A stretch of 64,000 bases of DNA, taken from the NCBI GenBank assembly GCA_963727505.1, contig CAVSGP010000009.1, forward strand, positions 384,001 to 448,000, read 5' to 3'. The translations under genes were made by a program, and so were the position numbers. Source of the DNA: an uncultured Trueperaceae bacterium. GTDB taxonomy: Bacteria; Deinococcota; Deinococci; Deinococcales; Trueperaceae. The notes beneath the pieces are model-generated. The model did no database searches. It was not told the origin of the DNA and was given only the letters and a program-made list of their open reading frames with translations. Positions 1 through 8,308 of this stretch are shown piece by piece. Numbering within the stretch: the stretch's first letter is position 1; every line of letters starts with the position of its first letter.

Positions 1-162
1 GCCGCGGAGGCACGGCCGGGCTGGGCGGGGCTCCGCGCAGTGAAGGACGGCCGCGTGGTGGCGCTCGATCACCAACAGGTCGACCTGCTCAGCCGCGCCG
101 GGCCGCGCATGGGCGACGCCGTGTTGTTGCTGGCCAGGCTCCTTCATCCGGATCGATTCTGA
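1..162 (+). CDS. ABC transporter substrate-binding protein (BtuF/cobalamin-iron type), C-terminal fragment
   Basis: Frame 1 reads AAEARPGWAGLRAVKDGRVVALDHQQVDLLSRAGPRMGDAVLLLARLLHPDRF*, the typical C-terminus of this family; immediately upstream of a FecCD permease; 5' end outside the window. Confidence 0.8.
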   Translation, partial: AAEARPGWAGLRAVKDGRVVALDHQQVDLLSRAGPRMGDAVLLLARLLHPDRF

Positions 163-165
163 GCC

Positions 166-1203
166 GTGGCGCGCGTCCTGCACCGTACGGCAGCGCCCCC
201 GGGCAGGGGCGTGGCGCCCGTGGTGGTCTCGCTGCTCGCGCTGGGCGTCGTGCTGGTCGCGGCGGCGTCGATCGGCAGCGTGAAGGTCGAGCCGGGAGCC
301 CTGCTGTCGGCGGTGGCGGACGGCGTGCGGGGCCAGTTGCACGGCCCGCTCGACACCATCGTGTGGCAGCTCCGCTTGCCTCGCGTGATGCTGGCGGCGC
401 TGGTGGGGGCGGCGCTTGCGCTGGCCGGCGCCGCTTTCCAGGGCGTGTTCCGGAACCCGCTGGCCGACCCCTACCTGCTGGGGGCCGCCAGCGGAGCGGG
501 ATTCGGTGCCAGCGCCGTTCTCGTGCTGGCGGGCAGCGTGCCCTGGCTCACCTGGCTGGGCGTGCCGGGTGCGGCGTTCGTGTGCGCGCTGGCGACCGTG
601 GCCGTGGTCATGCTGCTGGCTCGGCGCGACGGCGGTCTCCCGGTCGTGTCGCTCATCCTGGCAGGCGTGGTCCTGGGCTCGAGCCTGAGCGCCGCCACCT
701 CCTTCCTGATGCTGGCCGCGCGCGACCGCGCCGCCGGGATCCTGAGCTGGCTCCTGGGCAGCTTCGCCTTCGCCAGCTGGGAGCGCGTCCTCACCGTCGT
801 CCCGCTCCTCGTGCCGGCCGCCGCGCTGCTCCTGCTGGCTGGCCGCGCTCTGGACGTGATGCAGCTCGGCGAGGAGTCGGCGGCTCAGCTCGGGGTGCCG
901 GTCGAACGGGTGCGGCTGCTCCTGCTGGCCGCCGCGACGCTGGCGACCGCCGCCGCGGTCGCGGTGGCCGGCGTGATCGGCTTCGTGGGTCTGGTGGTGC
1001 CGCACGCCGTGCGGCTTGCGTTCGGGCCCCGGCACGTTCGGTTGCTGCCCCTGTCGGCCGTGTGGGGAGCGGCCTTCCTGGTCCTCGCCGATCTGTGCGC
1101 ACGGACCGTGCTGGCGCCCGCCGAGCTCCCCGTCGGCATCGTCACGGCCCTGGTGGGCGGCCCCTTCTTCCTGTTCCTGCTCAGGAAGCAACGCACCCCG
1201 TGA
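166..1203 (+). CDS. FecCD/BtuC family ABC transporter permease
   Basis: Motifs WQLRLPRV, FRNPLADPYLLG, GEESAAQLG, IGFVGLVVPH, ELPVGIVTALVGGPFF. Confidence 0.93.
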   Translation: MARVLHRTAAPPGRGVAPVVVSLLALGVVLVAAASIGSVKVEPGALLSAVADGVRGQLHGPLDTIVWQLRLPRVMLAALVGAALALAGAAFQGVFRNPLADPYLLGAASGAGFGASAVLVLAGSVPWLTWLGVPGAAFVCALATVAVVMLLARRDGGLPVVSLILAGVVLGSSLSAATSFLMLAARDRAAGILSWLLGSFAFASWERVLTVVPLLVPAAALLLLAGRALDVMQLGEESAAQLGVPVERVRLLLLAAATLATAAAVAVAGVIGFVGLVVPHAVRLAFGPRHVRLLPLSAVWGAAFLVLADLCARTVLAPAELPVGIVTALVGGPFFLFLLRKQRTP

Positions 1204-1210
1204 GGCGGCC

Positions 1211-2002
1211 GTGAGTATCGAGGTGCGCGAGGTCTACGCCGGGTACGGGGGGCGCGACGTGCTCTCGGCCTGCGACGTGCGGCTCGAGCCCGGCGAGGTG
1301 CTCGGCGTGATCGGGCCGAACGGAGCCGGCAAGTCGACGCTGGTGCGGGTGTTGACGCGTCGGCTGGTGCCGCGCGCCGGTCGCGTGTCGGTCGACGGAC
1401 GCCCGCTCGCGCGGTACGGGCGGCTCGACCTGGCCCGTGCCCTGGCCGTGGTCCCGCAGGTGCCGGAGCTGCCCGCTGGTTACACCGTGCGCGACCTGGT
1501 CGCGATGGGGCGCACGCCCCACCTGGGGCTCCTTCGTGCGGAACGCGAGGAGGACCGGCGGGCGGTCGAGCGGGCCCTGCGGGCTACCGACACCGCCGCC
1601 CTGGCACGTCGCGACGCCACCCGGCTCTCCGGCGGCGAGCGGCAGCGCGTCGTCCTGGCCCGGGCGATCGCTCAAGAGCCGCGCTACCTGCTGCTGGACG
1701 AACCGACCAACCATCTCGACCTGCGCTACCAGGTCGAGATGCTCGCCTACACCAGGCGCGAGGTCGAACGGGGTGTCGGCGCCCTGGTCGTGCTCCACGA
1801 TCTCAACCTGGCGGCCCGTTTCTGCGACCGGCTGGCGGTGCTTCAGGGCGGCCTCGTGGTGGCCCAGGGCGCACCCGAACAGGTTCTCACCGAAGCGCTC
1901 GTGTCCCGCGTCTATGAGACGGAAGTGGACGTGCATGTGGTCGATTCCCGGCCGATGATCCTCCCGCGGCTTCCGAGGCGCCCGGGCTCGCTCGAGTCGT
2001 GA
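1211..2002 (+). CDS. ABC transporter ATP-binding protein (FecE/BtuD/HmuV type)
   Basis: Walker A GPNGAGKST, signature LSGGERQR, LLLDEPTNHLD, HDLNLA; GTG start chosen 7 nt after the permease stop. Confidence 0.92.
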   Translation: MSIEVREVYAGYGGRDVLSACDVRLEPGEVLGVIGPNGAGKSTLVRVLTRRLVPRAGRVSVDGRPLARYGRLDLARALAVVPQVPELPAGYTVRDLVAMGRTPHLGLLRAEREEDRRAVERALRATDTAALARRDATRLSGGERQRVVLARAIAQEPRYLLLDEPTNHLDLRYQVEMLAYTRREVERGVGALVVLHDLNLAARFCDRLAVLQGGLVVAQGAPEQVLTEALVSRVYETEVDVHVVDSRPMILPRLPRRPGSLES

Positions 2003-2024
2003 GCGGCGCCGCCTCCGCGCCGGA

Positions 2025-3170
2025 TCAGGCGGCGCTGGGCGGGTCGAAGCGCTCCCGGACCCGGACGGCGAGACGGTAGAAGTCCACCAGGCCCTCGGTG
2101 GCCGAGCGCCAGTCGAAACGCTCCATCTCTCGCCGCGCGGCGGCGCCGAGGCGCTTGCGGAGCGCGGCGTCGGTCAGCAAGGTGCTGAGCTTCTCGGTGA
2201 GGTCGCCGAGGTCGCCGGGGGTGAACATGAGGCCGGTTTCGCCGTCGCGGATCACGTCCGGGATGCCGCCGGCGCGGGCCCCCACGGCCGGGACTCCGGA
2301 CGCCATCGCCTCCATCGCTACGAAGCCGAGCGTTTCGGTATCCGAAGGGAACGCGAACACGTCGGCGGAAGCGTACGCCGCCGCCAGCTCCGAGCCGGAC
2401 ATGTAGCCGGTGAAGACGGTGCGCGTGTCCTTGAAGCGCTCTCGCAGCACGGATTCGGCCGGGCCCGATCCCACCAGCGCCAGCCGCACGTCGGGGAGCT
2501 GGGTGACGGGGGCGTACAGCCAGTCGAGTCGCTTCTCGAACGACAGGCGGCCGACGTACACCATCAGCGGCGCGTCGGGGTGTCCACCGGTGAGGCGAAC
2601 GCGCATGGCGTGCGAGCGCTTGTCCGGGTGGTACAGATCGGTGTCTACCGCCTTAGGCCACAGCCGCACGCGACGGATGCCCAGGCCCCGCGCCGAGTTG
2701 ACCATCGGCACGCTCGTACAGAGGTTGACGTGGGCCTGGTTGTGGACGTCGCGCAGGAAGATGCGCGACGGTTCGGACAGGAAGCGGAGACGCAGGGCTT
2801 CGGCGTACTGGGTGACGTCGGTGTGGTAGCTGGCGAGCAGCGGCAGGTTGCGTTGCTTGGCGATGGCGGTGCCCCACAGGCCGAGCACCACCGGGTTGAT
2901 GACGTGGACGATGTCCGGTTGGAAGCGATCGAGCTCCCGGCCCAGCCGCGGTCGGGGGAGGCCCAGGAAGAGCTCCGGGTACCAGGGTTTGAAGGGGACG
3001 CCGGGCACGCGCACGACCCGGTGGCCGGCGTACGCCTCCGGAGGGTTGTGGGGGGCGAAGATCAGCGCCTCGTGCCCCAACTGCCCGAGCTGCTCGAGGG
3101 TGCGTACGAGGCGGGTGACCACCCCGTCGATCTTGGGCAGGAAGGTTTCCGTGAAGAAGGCGATGCGCAT
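2025..3170 (-). CDS. sqdX: GT4 glycosyltransferase, SqdX/SQD2-like sulfoquinovosyltransferase
   Basis: N-terminus MRIAFFTETFLPKIDGVVTRL, ASYHT, YVGRLSFEK, FPSDTETLGFVAMEAMASG resemble cyanobacterial SqdX; directly downstream of sqdB. Confidence 0.8.
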   Translation of the reverse strand: MRIAFFTETFLPKIDGVVTRLVRTLEQLGQLGHEALIFAPHNPPEAYAGHRVVRVPGVPFKPWYPELFLGLPRPRLGRELDRFQPDIVHVINPVVLGLWGTAIAKQRNLPLLASYHTDVTQYAEALRLRFLSEPSRIFLRDVHNQAHVNLCTSVPMVNSARGLGIRRVRLWPKAVDTDLYHPDKRSHAMRVRLTGGHPDAPLMVYVGRLSFEKRLDWLYAPVTQLPDVRLALVGSGPAESVLRERFKDTRTVFTGYMSGSELAAAYASADVFAFPSDTETLGFVAMEAMASGVPAVGARAGGIPDVIRDGETGLMFTPGDLGDLTEKLSTLLTDAALRKRLGAAARREMERFDWRSATEGLVDFYRLAVRVRERFDPPSAA

Positions 3171-3227
3171 GGTGGGTGAAGCGGGCGCGCCGCGGCGTCC
3201 GGTGGCCGGGTCCGGTTTGCCGGGGCG

Positions 3228-4442
3228 TTATGCCTCTTCCGGAGTCTTTCTGTTGGTGTGGGGTGTTCCGGCTTGTTGTTGGCGGGTCCAGGTGCTGGTG
3301 CAGGGGATCTTGTCGAGGTTGGCGCGCTGCCGGTATTTCTTGGCGATGGTGGTGACTTCTTCGAGGAGGCCTTGTTCGAGGGTGGTGGGCTTCAGGCCGA
3401 GGTCGAGGAAGAGGTCGTTCTTGACGTGGAGTTCGTTCTCGGGGTCTTCCTTGCGGGGGTTGGGGACGTTCTCGATGGTGGCGCCGGTCTGTTTTGCGAC
3501 GAGTTGGGCGAGGTCGCGGACGCGGTGGGTTTCGGTCATCTGGTTGAGGATCTTGACGCGTTCGCCTTTGTCGGGGGGGTTCTCGAGCGCGAGTTGGAGG
3601 CACCTTACGGTGTCGCGGATGTGGATGAAGGCGCGGGTCTGTCCGCCGGTGCCGTGGACGGTGAGGGGGTAGTCGACGGCGGCTTGCATGAGGAAGCGGT
3701 TGAGGACGGTGCCGTAGTCGCCGTCGTAGTCGAAGCGGTTGATGAGGCGTTCGTCTTGGAGGGTGTCGGGGGTGTTGGTGCCCCAGACGATGCCCTGGTG
3801 GAGGTCGGTGATGCGCAGGCCGTCGTTCTTGGCGTAGTAGGCGAAGAAGAGTTGGTCCTGGGTCTTGGTGAGGTGGTAGATGCTGCCGGGGTTGGGGGGG
3901 TAGAGGATTTCTTGTTGGACTTTGGTGCCTTCGTCGGTGGTGACTTCGATGGGGAGGTAGCCTTCGGGGATCTTCATGCCGGCGGTGCCGTAGCCGTAGA
4001 CGCCCATGGTGCCGAGGTGGATGAGGTGGGTGTCGGTGTTGGCTTCGACGATGGCGGCGAGGGTGTTGTGGGTGGCGTTGAGGTTGTTGTTGACGGTGTA
4101 GCGCTTGTGGGCGCTGCTTTTCATGCTGTAGGGGGCGGCGCGTTGTTCGGCGAAGTGGATGATGGTGTCGGGCTGCTCGTCCTGGATGAGGGTGAGGAGC
4201 CGGTGGTAGTTGTCGGCGACGTCGAGGCGTTCGTAGTGGATGTCGCGGCCGCTGACTTGTTTCCAGGCCTTGAGGCGCTCTCCCATGGGTTGGATGGGGG
4301 TGAGGCTGCCGGCTTCGAGTTCGTTGTCGATGTTGCGGCGGCTGAGGTTGTCGATGATGGTGATGTCGTGGCCGAGCTTGCTGAGGTGGAGGCTGGTGGG
4401 CCAGCCGCAGAAGCCGTCACCGCCGAGAACGAAAACCTTCAT
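3228..4442 (-). CDS. sqdB: UDP-sulfoquinovose synthase
   Basis: GGDGFCGWPT, DNLSRR, HFAEQRAAPYSMKS, HLGTMGVYG, PGSIYHLTK, TDLHQGIVWG, RFDYDGDYGTVLNRF are SqdB/SQD1 hallmarks. Confidence 0.95.
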   Translation of the reverse strand: MKVFVLGGDGFCGWPTSLHLSKLGHDITIIDNLSRRNIDNELEAGSLTPIQPMGERLKAWKQVSGRDIHYERLDVADNYHRLLTLIQDEQPDTIIHFAEQRAAPYSMKSSAHKRYTVNNNLNATHNTLAAIVEANTDTHLIHLGTMGVYGYGTAGMKIPEGYLPIEVTTDEGTKVQQEILYPPNPGSIYHLTKTQDQLFFAYYAKNDGLRITDLHQGIVWGTNTPDTLQDERLINRFDYDGDYGTVLNRFLMQAAVDYPLTVHGTGGQTRAFIHIRDTVRCLQLALENPPDKGERVKILNQMTETHRVRDLAQLVAKQTGATIENVPNPRKEDPENELHVKNDLFLDLGLKPTTLEQGLLEEVTTIAKKYRQRANLDKIPCTSTWTRQQQAGTPHTNRKTPEEA

Positions 4443-4715
4443 GGGGTACCTCCGGGCGTCGGGACGGACGCTCGGCCGCTATCGGCCTGTGGGTCGCCCC
4501 GGCGAAGCGTCGAGTCGGTTCCGGGGCCACACATCGCCCTGGTCCGCGGTTCGTGCGGAACCCCGCGAGAGCAGGCCGTGGATGGTGCCCTAGGGCCCCC
4601 GGGGGTGACGCCTGCGAGTCCCTGGGAGTGTACCACCGGGCTCCCCCCGCCCGGGTCCGGTCGAGCGTGGCCGCGGCGGGTGCCGTATGCGCCCGGGCGC
4701 GGTACGCTTCCAGAC

Positions 4716-7007
4716 GTGGCGCGGGACCGGGACGAGAGCTTCCATGCCCTGTTGACGGGGCTCGAGAGCTACGAGGATCAGGTCGCCTCGTACGCCTTCT
4801 ATCCGCCGCGTAGCGGGCGCACCGCGGTCGACGACAGCGGTCGCTATGCGGCGCGGCTCGCAACGCTCGGGTTGAAGCCGTACCTGCATCAAGCACGCGC
4901 CCTGGCCCTCGTGGAGGCACGGCACAACGTGGTGGTGGCGACGCCGACGGCATCGGGGAAGTCGCTGGTGTACCAGCTCCCCACGCTGGAAGCTGCCGCG
5001 GAGGGCGGCACCAGCCTGTACCTGTATCCGACCAAGGCGCTGGCGCACGACCAGCTGGGCCGCCTCCGGACCATGGCGGAGCGTCTCGGACTCGAGCTCG
5101 GCGGGCGCAGCATCGCCACCTACGACGGCGATACGCCGTCCTCGATCCGGGCGGGGGTGCGCGACGACGTGGGCTGCGCGCTGACCAATCCCGACATGCT
5201 GCACTACGGCGTCTTGCCCTACCACGCGCGCTGGGCGCGCTTCCTGGGGAGGCTCGACACCATCGTGCTCGACGAGCTGCACAGCTACCGCGGCGTACTC
5301 GGCACTCACGTCGCCAACATCGTGCGGCGCTTGCTGAGGATCGCCCGGCACTACGGAGCGGCGCCGCGACTGATCGCGGCCAGCGCCACCATCGGCAACC
5401 CGCTCGACCACGCGACGGCGCTGAGTGGCGAGCCGTTCGAGCTCATCGAGGAGGACGACGCCCCGCGCGGCGCCCGCGAGTTCATCCTGTGGCGCCCGGC
5501 ACAGGTCGGCGGTGGGCCCGGCGCGGCCACGAGACGCCGCAGCGCCACGACCGAAGCGGCGGAGTTGGCGGCTGCTTTCGTGCGGCGCGACGTCAAGAGC
5601 ATCTTCTTCTGCAACTCCCGCAAGGTCGCCGAGCTGCTGCGGCGCTACGCCAGCGGCCACCTCCGCGGTGAAGAGGTGCCGCTGCTCCAGAGCTACCGCG
5701 CCGGCTACAGTCCCGAGGACCGACGTCTGATCGAGCAGGGCTTCAAGCGCGGCGACATCCGGGTGCTGACGGCCACTAGCGCGCTGGAGCTGGGGATGGA
5801 CATCGGCGGTGTGGACGCCGTGGTGCTGGTGGGCTACCCGGGTTCGAAGATGGCGCTGTGGCAACGCTCCGGTCGAGCGGGGCGCGAGGGACGCCGCGCC
5901 CTGACGCTGCTGATCCCGGGCAACGATCCGCTCGACGAGTACTACCTCCACCATCCCGACCTGCTCACCGAGGGGCGGATCGAGGACGCCGTCGCCGATC
6001 CGTTCAACAGCGAGCTCCACCCACTCCATGTCGCCTGCGCGGCGGCCGAGCGCCCGCTGCGCGACGATGAGCGCGGCGTGGTCGATCCGTCGCTCGAGCT
6101 GGCGAGCGTGACGGGGCTGCACCGCATCGAGGGTGGCTGGACCCACATGGGGCGCTATCCCCATCGGCGGGTGCGCATCCGTGGCAGCGGCGACCGCATG
6201 GTCCGTCTCAAGGACGCCACCGGGCACTCCCTGGGCACCGCCGACCTGGCCACCGCGCTGCGCGAGCTGCACCCGGGCGCGGTCTACCTGCACCAGGGCG
6301 AGCCCTACCTGGTCGTCCGGCTCGACCTGGACCGGGGCCTGGCGGAGCTGCTCCCGCACATCGAGGACTACTACACACAGCCCCGGTCCGAGACCGATAT
6401 CGAAGTGTTGCCGGGCGTCGCGGACCGCGTCGAGCGCGTCGAGGCCCCAGGCGACATCCGGGTGGGCCGCGTGCGCGTCAGCACCGCGATCACGAGTTTC
6501 GTGCGCAAGCGCTACCTGTCCGGGCAAGTCCTCGAAGAACGCGCGCTCGATCTCCCGGAGCTGAGCTATCCGACGCAGGCGCTGTGGTTCAGCGCCCGCG
6601 CGGTCGAGGACGCGGTCCGTCCCGACGAGCTCCCGGGAGCGTTGCACGCGCTCGAGCACACCCTCATCGGGCTGCTGCCCGCCTTCGTGCTGTGTGAACG
6701 CGCCGACGTCGGTGGTGTGTCCTACCCGCTCTATCCTCCCACCGGGGAGAGCACCGTATTCATCTACGACGGTTACCCCGGCGGCGTGGGCTACGCCCGG
6801 GCAGGGGCCTCCCAGTTCGTTGCCTGGCTGACCGCCGCGCGTGACCTGCTCCGGGACTGCCCGTGCGAGAGCGGCTGCCCCCGTTGCGTGCTGTCGCCGA
6901 AGTGCGGGAACGGCAACCAGTTCCTTGACAAGGGCGCTGCGCGGAAGCTTGCCGACGCGCTGCTGTTGCGCCTGCAGGTCTCCGCCGCGATCCCCGCTCA
7001 GGCCTGA
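4716..7007 (+). CDS. DEAD/DEAH-box helicase with C-terminal DUF1998 (MrfA/SftH/Hrq1-like)
   Basis: TPTASGKS, PTKALAHDQ, TNPDMLH, DELHSYRG, SATIGNP, TSALELGMDIG, QRSGRAGR, IYDGYPGGVG, CPCESGCPRC; start set at GTG 7 nt after TACGCT (4703-4708). Confidence 0.92.
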   Translation: MARDRDESFHALLTGLESYEDQVASYAFYPPRSGRTAVDDSGRYAARLATLGLKPYLHQARALALVEARHNVVVATPTASGKSLVYQLPTLEAAAEGGTSLYLYPTKALAHDQLGRLRTMAERLGLELGGRSIATYDGDTPSSIRAGVRDDVGCALTNPDMLHYGVLPYHARWARFLGRLDTIVLDELHSYRGVLGTHVANIVRRLLRIARHYGAAPRLIAASATIGNPLDHATALSGEPFELIEEDDAPRGAREFILWRPAQVGGGPGAATRRRSATTEAAELAAAFVRRDVKSIFFCNSRKVAELLRRYASGHLRGEEVPLLQSYRAGYSPEDRRLIEQGFKRGDIRVLTATSALELGMDIGGVDAVVLVGYPGSKMALWQRSGRAGREGRRALTLLIPGNDPLDEYYLHHPDLLTEGRIEDAVADPFNSELHPLHVACAAAERPLRDDERGVVDPSLELASVTGLHRIEGGWTHMGRYPHRRVRIRGSGDRMVRLKDATGHSLGTADLATALRELHPGAVYLHQGEPYLVVRLDLDRGLAELLPHIEDYYTQPRSETDIEVLPGVADRVERVEAPGDIRVGRVRVSTAITSFVRKRYLSGQVLEERALDLPELSYPTQALWFSARAVEDAVRPDELPGALHALEHTLIGLLPAFVLCERADVGGVSYPLYPPTGESTVFIYDGYPGGVGYARAGASQFVAWLTAARDLLRDCPCESGCPRCVLSPKCGNGNQFLDKGAARKLADALLLRLQVSAAIPAQA

Positions 7008-7068
7008 TGGACCGGCCCGCCCTCCGGCGGCCTCCGGGACGCGGCGGCGCGTGCTAGACTTCGCAGCC

Positions 7069-7956
7069 GTGCGGGTCGGATTCGTCACTCAACTGCTGTG
7101 GTCGCGTTACGGCGCTCTCTGGATGCGCCTGGTGCGCGATGCCGGCGCCGAGGGTCGGGTCGCCGGCGCCGACGGTGTCCGGGAGGCGCTGCGCGATCCC
7201 CGACTGGCGGCCGTCACGCCGATCGTCTTCCGGCTGGCGGCGGCGCAGGCCGTGGCGCTGGGGGACGCCGATGTACTGCTGGTGCCGGACCTGCACGCCG
7301 GTACTCGCGGCGACGACGCCGTTGCCGGACGCCTCGCGCGTGGCGCCGGCGCCGACCCCTGGATCGCCGACTTCCCGGACGCGCTGAGGACGGCGATCGC
7401 CGGTCTGCCCCCGCTGGTGTCGGTGCCCGCCTCGCTCGGCCCGGGCATCGAGGGAACGGTCGTCACTGCACTGCAGAACCTGCTTCACGACGCGCATGCC
7501 GTACGCCGCATCTGGGCGCGGCGTCGGGCCGAAGCGCGACCGCCGCGGCCGCGGCCGCCTCGGTGGACGCTGGTCCCCGGTGAGCGGCGGACGGTTGGCC
7601 TCCTCGGCCAGCCCTGGCTCCTCAGTGACGGGCTTGCCGAGCTTGCGGCAGACGAGGGAGACCACGTCGTGGCCCAGCATCGCCTCGATCCGGTGCAGCT
7701 CCGCGAGGAGGCCTCGCGCCTCGACGAGAGGCTGGCGCCGACCGATGCCGAGGTGCTGGGGGCAGCCCGGTTGTTCGACCGGCGCGGCGGCGTGAGCCAG
7801 GTGCGCTTCCTGGCCGACCGCGGCTCGGGCGCCGATGCCTGGCTGGCGGACCGGCTGCGTGCGCTGCTCCGCAAGCCGCTCGAGGTTCGTTATCTCCAGG
7901 ACGTCCTGGGGGACGCCGATCCGGTCGACACGCTGTTGGTGACGCCGGTAGACTGA
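7069..7956 (+). CDS. Hypothetical protein, distant acyl-CoA dehydratase activase-related (DUF2229-like), cysteine-less
   Basis: RVGFVTQLLWSRYGALW, DVLLVPDL, DPWIADFPD, TVGLLGQPWLL resemble DUF2229 family blocks; GTG start 8 nt after TAGACT (7055-7060). Confidence 0.55.
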   Translation: MRVGFVTQLLWSRYGALWMRLVRDAGAEGRVAGADGVREALRDPRLAAVTPIVFRLAAAQAVALGDADVLLVPDLHAGTRGDDAVAGRLARGAGADPWIADFPDALRTAIAGLPPLVSVPASLGPGIEGTVVTALQNLLHDAHAVRRIWARRRAEARPPRPRPPRWTLVPGERRTVGLLGQPWLLSDGLAELAADEGDHVVAQHRLDPVQLREEASRLDERLAPTDAEVLGAARLFDRRGGVSQVRFLADRGSGADAWLADRLRALLRKPLEVRYLQDVLGDADPVDTLLVTPVD

Positions 7957-7959
7957 CCC

Positions 7960-8277
7960 GTGGCGGTCCTCCTGATGGTCGTCGTGCTCGGTGTGGTCGC
8001 CGTCAACGCCTTCGGTGCGTGGGCGGTGAGCCGTCGCAAGCCGCGCGTGGCGCGGCTGTTCCTGCTGAGCGCGGTGGTCCTCGTGGTGGCTGCGGTTGCC
8101 CTGGGGTACGGGCTGCGCTTCGCCTCCTGGATCCTCGCGGTCGGTCTCGCCCTGACCTGGCTCACTTCCTACCTCAACGCGCGCTGGGTGCTCGGTCGGG
8201 TGGTGTGGCGCTTCCACGCCCTGCGGGCGGTCGCGATGGTGGCCCTACTGGTCCTCGCCGTCGCCGTCTTGCGTTGA
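7960..8277 (+). CDS. Small integral membrane protein (about 4 TM)
   Basis: 105 aa with four hydrophobic stretches; starts 3 nt after the upstream stop. Confidence 0.7.
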   Translation: MAVLLMVVVLGVVAVNAFGAWAVSRRKPRVARLFLLSAVVLVVAAVALGYGLRFASWILAVGLALTWLTSYLNARWVLGRVVWRFHALRAVAMVALLVLAVAVLR

Positions 8278-8308
8278 ACGGGCGCACGGTCCCGCGTGCG
8301 GCGGCGCC

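Noticed and set aside
3258..4715. N-terminal about 486 aa of the 1249-aa ORF, suggesting a giant helicase fusion
   Set aside because: It is the stop-free antisense frame of sqdB plus intergenic DNA. Helicase similarity and a -10 box point to a start at 4716.
4716..8277. DISARM/Druantia-type defence island around the DUF1998 helicase
   Set aside because: No methyltransferase, SNF2, PLD nuclease or other defence gene nearby; composition is host-like.
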